Origin: Entomortierella parvispora E1425
Taxonomy: Eukaryota > Fungi > Mortierellomycota
Direction of reading: 5' to 3'
NCBI GenBank assembly: GCA_020891255.1
Contig: BQFW01000002.1
Span: forward strand, 3,286,001 to 3,350,000
Length of the DNA: 64,000 nt
Position numbers and translations under genes: made by a program. The notes below the pieces were generated by a model. That model was not told the origin of the DNA. It saw only the letters and a program-made list of their open reading frames with translations, and ran no database searches. This document shows, in pieces, positions 1 through 9,591 of this stretch (its first letter is position 1; each line of letters opens with the position of its first letter).

Positions 1-1022
1 TGCCCACTCAATTGGACAGATTAGAGGCTCTGCCGGTTTCCAACAGATGCATGCAGTGAATCTTCAGATCAATCCAAGTTCGAGTACTGGCGCCGCCTCC
101 AACAGCTCTTCTGGCTCAAGCACCGTTGGCAGTGTGCAGGAAACGGCAAATTGCGGTCAACCCCCCAGATTTAGCCGCGTAAAGAGCGAACTGGACGACG
201 ATATATTTGGTCCAGACTTTGATGATGCAAAGCCGCTTCAACCAGAAAGTCCTCGCATGTCTGACTTTGATGACATGGATATGGGAGACTTGCTGCCTGA
301 CGACTCTCCAATCAAGCCCAAGACCGAAGCTCTACCCTCTTTCAACACCACCTCTGACAGGCTCCCTACTACTCCGCGGCGCGAAAGGTCATTTTCAAGG
401 GTGTCAAGCAGCCCCTCTCTTGTGCAGTCTTCACCTACTACCTACAACACGTCACGCGGACTATCAAAGCCAGGTCAACCTCCTTCCACCCACGCCAAGC
501 CACTTTCGTCTTTTGCAATGATGAGCAATCCTTTTGCGATGCAGAAAGCCGCGACTCCTTCAACAGTGGCTGCTCCAGCCCCTGACTCCTCCTCCAGCAC
601 TCCTGTGGCTTCATCCTCAAGCGCTCGTACATCGCCGCCAGCTTCAGGGTCAAGTTCTCGCTCCACACCTCCACCCTCAAAGACGTCTCAACCTCACAAC
701 AATCAATCAACAAAACCGAGCAATAGACCTTCAGCAAATGGTTCAGTCAACCCTTTGCGTGTTAATAGCATGGCAGCCGCTGCACAAAACCAGAAACAAG
801 GCGCATCGTCAGTGCTGCAGAATCCATATAACTCTGCTAATGGCAATCCTTCAGGAGGACTTAAACGACCTCTTGGTCACGTCGGGTAGGCAATTTACAG
901 TCGTATATGCTTAGTTGATTTCTGAAGGTTCATACGCTAAAACCTTTTTTTTCTACAATCCCTTTGAACTCTTTAGTATCCTTGATGGTTTGAACAGTAA
1001 CAAAGAGGCCCGTATCGTTTAA
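1..1022 (+). CDS. 3' part of a Ser/Pro-rich disordered protein, possibly a Rad52-like C-terminus (gene starts left of the window)
   Basis: The frame is open from position 2. A probable intron 886-976 (gtaggc...ctctttag) gives the end ...GGLKRPLGHVGILDGLNSNKEARIV* at 1022. The acidic DDIFGPDFDD/SDFDDMDM and terminal KRPL motifs resemble fungal Rad52 tails; identity is weak. Confidence 0.5.
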
Positions 1023-1131
1023 AAGCATGGGAGCAAGCCGCTGCATTGTGTCATCTGCGCAAGGAACCGCTGAATAAAGAATTCTTAAGAATGAATGAAC
1101 AGCATGGGGATGTTTATTGGATAAAATGTTC

Positions 1132-2578
1132 TCAGTTGACATTGTTAACGGGAGTCAACAAGGAGCCAGAGGAGAGGTAAAGGTCAATGTTTTCCATTGT
1201 CAAAGCCTCCATCTTTGTGATGGTCTCGATGGTGAATGCACCCAAATGGGGCATCAAAGCCACGTTCATGTTGCTCAAAAGACTTGGGTGAACCTTGGGT
1301 TCGTGCTCAAAGACATCGAGACCGGCACCAGCGATGTGACCAGACTCAAGAGCCTTGACCAAGGCCTCCTCATGCACCACTGGACCTCTGGAGGTGTTGA
1401 GAAAGTATGCGCCTGCCTTCATCTTTGCAAACTCTGCCGCACCGATCAAATGACGGGTCTCGGCCGAGAGAGGAACGTGGATCGAGACCACATCCGAGAC
1501 GGCGAGAAGTTCATCCAAAGTGGAAAGGTATTCGACAGTGTTCAGGAAGGTAGAATGAGCGGCGTCCTCGGAAATGGGACGGCGGTTGTGGTACACGACC
1601 TTCATGCCCAATGACTGTGCGCGTTTGGCAACAGCCTGAATATCCACGTTTTTTTTTTGATGTTGTCGGAACGGAAGAATAGATGCAAAAAGAAAAGAGA
1701 CAGGTGAGCGTTCATGACCATGTTGTGTTTTGTAAGCAAGAAAGAATGGCGTGCAATTCTCTTTCTCTCATGCCTCGAGAGAAAGACGGGCAGGATGTTA
1801 CCTTGCCAATACCTCCCATGCCGACAATACCCAAGATCATGTTGGTGGGATCTCTTCCGATTCTGGGCTTGTTGGGCAAGCCATGGCGCATGTTGTATTC
1901 AACCTCGTACTGGTGACGCATCGTGCTGAGCATCAAGAGGATCGTGGCATCTGCCGTGGCATCGTCCACGACACCGGGGGTGTTGGTGACCCATTGTTTG
2001 TTCCTGGTGGCCGCCTCAGCATCCACAAAGTCGTATCCAGCTCCAACACTGCCGATCAGCTCTAATCCCTGAGGGAGTGCTTCCAGAAGAGCCTCATCGA
2101 CTCTTCCGAGGGTCTGTTTCAAAAGAGTTCGATTTTGATGTTAGTCAATGAAAAAAGAAAGGAAGAAGGAAGGGACGGAGGGGAAAAATATCCGGTTTTC
2201 ATTTTGGTCGATTCTGCACGAGTCCAAAACCGGACCTGCATGCATGCATGGAATCATCCCCTCCCTGCTTTTTTGTTAATTTTTTAGTCCTCTCTCGACG
2301 TACATAATGGGAGGCGAAGCCTCGGTAGATGGCTTTGAAGGTGATGCCCTCACGCTTGGCGTTCTCGATCTGCTCCAAGAGCTCCGTGCGGGTTGGTGCA
2401 GAGTACTAAAGAGAGTCGATGGGACGAGTTAGCTTTCACAGAGCAAGAACAGCTTCTTTTCCGGTGCTCAATTGCATTTCGTTCTTTTTACATGGAGGTT
2501 GAATTTGGCTGCAAGGGCTGCCTCGGCGGCTTTGGCGTGACGGACAGTGCCGAGAAAGAGAATGTTTTCCTTGGTCAT
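1132..2578 (-). CDS. D-isomer-specific 2-hydroxyacid dehydrogenase (glyoxylate/hydroxypyruvate reductase-like), multi-exon
   Basis: ATG 2578 MTKENILFLG; GAGYD, GIVGMGGIG Rossmann motif, NTSRGPVV, AGLDVFEHEP and PHLG motifs; GT-AG introns join the ORF-track pieces. Confidence 0.92.
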
Positions 2579-3285
2579 GGTTGTCAAGTGAATGGAGTGG
2601 AATGGAGAGGAATGAGCAAGTTGAGGAGTGGGGAGAGGAATGAGAGGGACTGTAGGAGAGAAAGAGAAAAGGTTGGACCCTTCCCCGCGACCCCCAAGTC
2701 TTTTCTTTATGTTTTTTTATCCGATCGCAACGACCATTTCGACGCAACGCCTTAAGAAAACTTTGAAGACGAACGAACGTGCAAGAAACCCGCCTCTGAG
2801 GCAACAGGGGCAAGAGAAGGGGGTGGTCTTGCGCCCAAAGACAAATCGGCGGCGGTCGATTTGTTGGTCGATCTCCACTCAACACCTTAATTGCCCCTGG
2901 TCTTTCTTTTTATTTCTCTGTTTCTGCGGCAAAATTCAAAAAAAGATCTGGAAAATGCGATCTAGCGACTCTGAATGCGGACCTCTTTGCATGATTGTCC
3001 GACCTACGGAAATAGGCAGCTGTTCTATTTAAGCATGGGCACTCTTGCTCAAATCAGTCTACTTCTTGATGCTTGCTTTTGACAAGATGGAGTTCGATCG
3101 AAACATCAGGAACCCTTTGTTTTGCGAAAAGGAACGTTGTTCACTCAATTCATCCATGAGCCCTACCAGTCAACGAGATTTATCTTTAACAATTGTTTGT
3201 TCTCTCCTTGGTGCAACCGTCAACACCTCAGATTCTTTCTCTTTCTTGGAACTGTCAATCATGGCTACATTGGAGTCCTAGGTTT

Positions 3286-3720
3286 TCAAAGTTGTTCTAG
3301 TCTTGCGCGCCTCCGACATTGCGAAAGAACCAAGAATACCAATGCCGAGTTGATCTCAAGGGCCTGTGCCAGTGCCAGAACACCCTTCTCTCTGATAGAG
3401 TTTTTGGCCATGTCCAAACTACTCAAACTGGAGTTGTATTTGATCTGTATTCCTGGGTCTTCAATCGAGTTCAGGCTCAAGTCGCCCCCGAGTGGCCTCC
3501 GATAGTTCTTTGATCGAGTTGCTCGCTAGGGCCAAAGTGCTTAGAGTCGTGTTGGGTTTGAGTGCCTTTGACAATGCCTCAGTTATTTGGTTCTAATTGA
3601 GTTGAGAGTCAAGTCCAAAGCCCTTAAAGTCAAGTTGATCTTGAGTGCCTCCGAGAGTACCCAAGTTCCTTCCTCCATGGCCGAGTTTTGAAGCACGTCC
3701 AAAGTCTCTCTGATAGCGCC
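3286..3720 (-). pseudogene. Decayed RNI-like leucine-rich-repeat gene fragment
   Basis: Reads EGTWVLSEALKINLTLRALDLTLNSIRTK*, then after a frameshift ALSKALKPNTTLSTLALASNSI... and YNSSLSSLDMAKNSIREKGVLALAQALEINSAL. Stop, frameshift and internal deletions interrupt the ~28-aa RNI-type repeats. Confidence 0.75.
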
Positions 3721-4384
3721 TGAATTCCTTGATCTTCATTTTTTTTTTTTTTTGGCGAAATTCAAAGTGGTCATCATGGTGGACACCAATGTGATAGACA
3801 AGCTCTTGGTGTCCCATAAAATCATCCAGGCTCTACAATCCAATCCTGAGGAACTTGACTTTCCGACAGAGCAGTATGGATACATGGAGGGAATTGGCGA
3901 GATCATGGTGGGCATGCAAGAAGAAAATGAACCCCTCATCCATGCTTAAAATCATAATACCGAGCGTACCTGTCTTTCAGCTCCTTTTTTTTTTTGTCTG
4001 CGCTTTCCTCCCTCTCTTTTTTTCTTTCTCGCCCTCTTTTGGTTCTGACACACGAAACTCTTGGTCAGGGATGCAGCAATGCACGAGATGTAGGAAGAGA
4101 AGAAAGGCGATTCAAAGTTGGACTCTGGACAAGTTATCTTTATTTTCATATCTTTGAACTCGCTGCTGTAAGTGCCCATAGAACCAAATATGTGGCAACG
4201 GCCGAGACAAAAAGACCGTTATCGCATCCAGAAATTCAGACAGATGCCCGATGTGATGGCTCTTGAACAATATCTTGGGAGGTACAAGCTGCGCCTGAGT
4301 TTCGAGGGTATCGTCATAGACACATGATAGAATGACAAGAGGGAACGAGACAGGGAATATTTCAGTTACCCATCAATATACCTG

Positions 4385-4537
4385 TGGTCTCTCGGTTTCT
4401 ACTTTGGTGGTTCACTAGAACCTTGCTTCGGTGCGTGGTCTGCTCGGATTCTGCTGCGGTGCGTGGCCTGCTCGTATTCTGCTTCGAGGCGCGGTCCGCT
4501 CGTATTCTACTTCGGTGCGTGCCGTTGTTTGCTCGTA
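4385..4537. repeat. Degenerate ~28-nt tandem repeat, about 5 copies
   Basis: Unit approximates gcttcggtgcgtggtctgctcgtattct; copies are visible near 4424, 4452, 4480 and 4508, with a partial copy at 4385. Confidence 0.75.
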
Positions 4538-4810
4538 AGCTATGTTGCTATGCTATCGGTAGTGCCAATAGATCCGCTGAGAGCAGAAGGAAGACCCACC
4601 CGCCATCCCTAACCTCCTCCGCCCTAGCCAACTGTTCTTGAATTGTCATGGCCACCAGATCAGGATGATCTGGCAGCCGCCCGGTATACCTATCCAGGAA
4701 GATTCAAAGGTGAGTAATCCACAATATCCAGCCAGTTGTCAATAATCATATACCAGTGTTTGGATCAATGTTGTTGTTTTGATCCACTCAATCCCATCAA
4801 TCATAGACAA

Positions 4811-5982
4811 AGACCACGTCGCACTTCCTGGTGCCAGGATTGACGCAACATCTGTTGAAGAGAAGGTCTAGAGGAGCTTCGCTTGCTTCCTGTCCCAGAC
4901 AAAACGAAACAGATGCAGAACTACTACCCGTAGTCCGTCCTTCGAAATCAGCAATAAAAAACAAAAGGGATGACAAAGAGGTTGCTGGCTTTCTAGACCA
5001 CGCACTTCCTATCCCCGAGGGAAGAGCGCTTCACGATCTAGGGGGGTAAAGACCACGCTTCACTTCCCAAACTCCCAAGCGGAAAGACGTGAAATCTCCA
5101 GGGTACCTTGATAGAACAGAGAGCTCAAAAGCAGGTCTGAACTACCAAGGATTTGAAAAAAAGGACGGTCCACGGCTCTGTTGAGGAGCTTGGTGGACTC
5201 GAGGGAGTGAAAAAACCATATATACGCTTCGATTCCTGGCACGGCAATCCAGTGCCAGCAAAGGGCTGCTAGTATATGGCTGTACGGTACGACGCTTCGA
5301 TTTCCGTTGCCGGCAAAGGGCTGCTGCACCGTACGGGGTTAGCCTCGCTCATGATATATGAACAAAGGACTAAAATGGTATTGCCAAGCTTTGCTCCCCG
5401 TTGCCAGGGAACGACGGCTCGGCTCGACCAACAAGACGATCGGACGTTTGACGGAAAGAGTTGCTTGTTGGTCCTGGATTGCACCAAATAGAGAACACCT
5501 TCAACCCGAAGGGAGGGTACTCTGCTATCACCAGCATTTCTCGCGGTGAGTGCCAAGACCCAAGGGTGGTTCCATGTTGAAGGATTCGCCTTGGGTCCCT
5601 TTCCCGCTTGCTATTAACACCCAAGGTAGGCCCCCAAACGCCTTTAAACGAATGACAGCCGCAAAGGGGGAGAACCATCAGCGTCGCAAAGGACACCGGC
5701 GGCTGTGTGCCCGACACGATGCCATTACCCGGAGGCAAAGGTGTTGACGAACACACGAGGTGGATAGCCACAGTCATGATAGATGAACCCATGGACTATA
5801 ATGGGATAAAAGGGTTCGCCATGCTTTGTTTCCCCGTTGCCAGGGATACGACAGCATCGCTCGCAGGCCTCTAGTCCACCTTCCGGATTCCGTCGCCAGA
5901 AAACGGCAGTTGGGCCACAAGTTGCAAATCACGCTTCCGTCTCCCGTTGCCAGGATAAGAAACACGAAAAGCCCCTTTCAAC
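4811..5982 (-). ncRNA. Candidate structured non-coding RNA: array of at least 9 related hairpins
   Basis: Units at 4816-4851, 5000-5029, 5054-5091, 5216-5279, 5282-5334, 5383-5423, 5818-5860, 5876-5913 and 5921-5982 share a YCCYG-GCAA-CGGRA top (five units) and/or an (R)AAGCGTG-like 3' arm. G-U pairs are valid only on the minus strand. No credible ORF. Confidence 0.5.
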
Positions 5983-6251
5983 CTCTCTCAGCAGATATGG
6001 GTCCGAAGGAGAGATCATAGAAAGAAAAGAGGTGGAAGGGCAAAGGGGGGGAGAACCACAGTAACTTAACTTGTTCAACGGCCAACGGCGAGGGAGCGGC
6101 GCTGTGCAACGGAGCCAGCCGATGCGATGGGGGTCTGCAGAGTGCTCAAGATGAAGTGAAATGATAGCAAGGACTTGTGAGAAACGCAGTCGACCAGCTG
6201 GCATCCATCCACAAAGGGCGAACAAGGGGCCACAACTGAGCCACAACTTAC

Positions 6252-6568
6252 CAAAAGAACCACTGCAAGCGCGCCATGCTTGCCAAAGGGAGATGCTCTG
6301 GGTCAGACCTAAAGATACGGCTATTAGGAAGGAAAGCAGGTTGAAAGAAACAGAGAAATCAGCAACTTGAGGTGAATGGCGCAGTCGACATGACATGACG
6401 CGTGTGGGAAATTGTCGAAATGAAGGGATGGCATGAAAGCATGAGCATTACCAGAAAAGAGTGAACGAGAACGAAGGAAATGGGGCGGTGATGGTGGAGC
6501 AAGGACATACACACAGAAACAACAACATCGAGAAACAAAGAAGGATGTTCAAGGAAGGCACTTACCAT
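6252..6568 (-). other. Spliced leader exons of an apparently non-coding or uORF-headed transcript
   Basis: ATG (6568-6566) is followed directly by GTAAGT; pyrimidine tract plus ctaatag acceptor at 6321; 69-nt exon 6320-6252; second GTAAGT donor at 6251. The spliced product reads M-P-Y-L-stop. Confidence 0.5.
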
Positions 6569-7929
6569 GTTATCATCAGAAGTGAAGACAAAGAGAGCGT
6601 GCAGAAAAAGCGACGAACGAAAAAAGAGCGCATTTATGAAATTCATACATGGGCCCCTTAAAAATGCGACTTTCGATCCGTGCTTGCATGCACCACCCTC
6701 CACTGGGATGGCCTCTCGGTAAGTGCTGCCATTGCAGCGTCAATTTGCAGCTGGAACGGGCACGTCAAGGACAGTACCCAAAAAAAAAAAAAAAAAAAAA
6801 GTCAAGAGAGTCCAATTTTGCTTTACCTTTTATCCAACCATCCCTGATCGCTTCGCCTTGTGGGCGGTACTCTCCTTTTTGTTGTCAAGATGAGAAGAGA
6901 GGAAGATGAGATAAAGGGGGGAACACACAGCCTCAGAGGACGCGGCCATCAAAACAAATCCACTACGGCTCCTGCCTGTGTTGTCCTTGACTTTTGACGT
7001 GTTTGAACTTGGGACGCGTCAAGGTCGCACTCCCATGTCTCACATGACCCCATGGACCAAAAGGGGATTGATTTTCAACAACATGCAACCCTTGCCCAAC
7101 AAACAAAACTGCCCAACTGCATGTTGTTGTTCCTGAAAAGATGGACTGACATGTGCCACATGCACCCTGTCCTTCAGGTGTTGATTTTTTTGTCTTTGTC
7201 AACGTTTCTGTTGACACACGTTTTGTACCTTCTGTGATCTCTCTTTGTGTCAACTTTCATCTGTAAGCGGAAACAAACGACAGGGCCTCTTTGAACATGA
7301 CGCGGACAAAGGGCTTGTTATTGTTATTGTTCTCTTGTTGATGTCTCTCATTCTTTCCTCTTTTCTCACTTCCAACTGCAGCAACGAGGGCGCGGTGTGG
7401 GGTGAGGGCAAAATAACTTTCTCATTATTCTTGTTACCAGTCTCAAAGTCCCGACTTGTTCGGACTTCGGACCCCTGTGCATGTGGAGGAACGCTCACAA
7501 ATTACAAGACGCGTTGGGTCAAAACTCTTCCGTCCCTTCAATGTACACAGGGAAAGTGTGTGTGACAATGACTAGCTATCAAGGAACATGCACATTCCGC
7601 CCTCCCCTCTCCGGCACAATTTCCAGTGTCCCCTTCTACTCTTTCATCTTCCCACAAGGTTCGCCTCGCCCTGACGTTGCATCCCCCACCACCCCTGTAG
7701 TCCCAATTTTTGATTTTCCACTCCACAGAAATTTGACCCTCTGCGCCGCGCTACCAGCTTCAATTGGGGGCTGTTTGCGCTTCAAACTGTCCACATCCTC
7801 GATGGCTATAAATGCCTTCCAACTGGCAAGGAAGTTTTCATCTCTTTCTTTTTTTTTCCTACTTTGCTCCTGCCATTTCCTCCACCTCATCCACACTCCT
7901 TTTCCATCCACCCTTTTTCTATTACCACC

Positions 7930-8262
7930 ATGAAGTTCACTCTTTCCGTCATTGCCGCCATCACCGTCTTGGCTTCCATGGTCTCGGCCCAAAACCCAGC
8001 AGCGTGCACGCTCTGCCTCCAAAAGGCTCTTGGCACCTTGCCCGCCTGTGTAGGCACCCTTCCCACCGCTGCTGGTGAAGCCGTCACTCCCGCCTACGCT
8101 GCCTGCCTTTGCTCGTCCTTGACTGGCAACTGGATTGACTCTTGCAACGGCGACTCTGATTGCGGATCGAGCATCGCTCTCTTCAAGGCCAACTACCCCG
8201 CAAACATTGAGGCGGCAGGATTGAACTGCAATGGCACTCCCTCTTTTAACCCCCCAGCTTAA
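7930..8262 (+). CDS. Small secreted 8-Cys protein (110 aa, CFEM-like spacing)
   Basis: caccATG context; signal peptide MKFTLSVIAAITVLASMVSA; C-x2-C-x10-C-x18-C-x-C-x10-C-x5-C-x21-C; intronless. Confidence 0.85.
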   Translation: MKFTLSVIAAITVLASMVSAQNPAACTLCLQKALGTLPACVGTLPTAAGEAVTPAYAACLCSSLTGNWIDSCNGDSDCGSSIALFKANYPANIEAAGLNCNGTPSFNPPA

Positions 8263-9591
8263 ATAACAAGATCTCTTTTGCCTCCTCCCAAGCTTTTTTT
8301 TTAAAGGACCTGAAGGGAAATAAATACCAAAGAACAAAAAACAACATGCAATGTCCGTTTTGTGGGTGGTTTCTTTCTTTCTCTCTCAGTTCTCTGGTTG
8401 CTTCGCAATGGATGATGTGGAATGAATGCCGTGCCGTGCTGGTGGTTTGGTCATCCAATTTTAAAATCTAAGCCGGTTTAACAGAAGAGGGAGCCCAAAA
8501 AAAAAAGAGAAAGAAAAAAAACATGACCCTGGCTCATCAAATGTGCGCAAGGGTGGGGAGGACCTTTGATCAACCTTCAAAGTCATGGATAAACGACAAA
8601 CAAAAAAACACACCAAAGAAAACTGTGGAGGGAGAGAGAGAAAGAGCCTCTAGCTTCGAAAGAGGGCGAAGAGGTCTGTGGGTCGTTGAATACGCAGACC
8701 AAGGGCCGTTAAAGTGACAAGGACCACTAAGAAGTGAAGGAGGCAGGGCTATCACAATCCAATGGTGTTGCGCCGTGTTTCGATCGACGCTCTCACCCTC
8801 GCCTTCGTCTCCACAAACATTTCCTGTCCAATAAACAGGTTGTTTGCTGCCGGACAACCGTTCGAATGTTACATCCGTAAGACCTTTGAACACAAAAAGA
8901 AAAACGAAAGAGGCAAACGCCACCCCTTTGCCCTCTTCCCAAAAGCCCGAGAAGGGCGAACAGAAAGAGAGAAAAAAAGAGTCTCTATCGCACGCAAAAG
9001 TGAGGGCGGATGCTTTCTTCCCGTTGGAAAGAATGCCAGACCCTCCGAAACTTTGACGCCCCATTGTCAAAAGACACCCGGTGACAGAGTTGGAGACTTT
9101 GTGCTCACTCTACGACAGCGCATGTACTCGAGATGCCAAGACCCAACTTCTCACTATTGAAAGGCCTTCCCGTAATATCGCCACCAATTTCAAGGCTAGA
9201 GCAACCCTTCCCACTCACTTGGGCGTACATGCTTCCTTGCGGTAGATATTCATAATTCTGTATTTCCTTTATTGATGGAGTATGTGGGCGTAAAAAATGC
9301 TTCGTGAGTTGTTCGTCCGTTTCAATGGGGGTGGCCGTTTGTCATGATGTTTTTTTTTGTTGCTGGTTTTTTTTTTTCTGCTTTTTTCCTTCTCCCTTAA
9401 TCCGCATCACAGCGAACATGGAGCCGGATATCCTTTTTCATGTTTTTGTGGCGACGCGTGTTATTTGTGTCTTTTTTTTTTTCTTTTTCAGAAATGCCTA
9501 TGGCACACATAGATAAGAACGCCTGAATGGGCGAGATGGGTGGCGGTGAAGTGGCAGGCAGCAGTAAGATAACGTGAGGTAGAAAAGAGTC

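Noticed and set aside
4607-4614. CCCTAACC (and CTAACCC near 5340 on the minus strand) as a telomerase RNA template
   Set aside because: 7-8-nt matches are expected by chance; no pseudoknot or CR4/5 element recognised.
4620-4745. WLDIVDY...LPDH resembling the end of a Ty3/Gypsy RNase H
   Set aside because: Needs stops and frameshifts, has no flanking RT or integrase, and the segment is better explained by hairpins.
5224-5240. GCTTCGATTCC resembling a tRNA T-loop/B-box
   Set aside because: No T-stem pairing, cloverleaf or A-box.
4811-5982. CRISPR-like repeat-spacer appearance
   Set aside because: Repeats are degenerate, spacing is irregular (about 50-430 nt), the context is eukaryotic and there are no cas genes.
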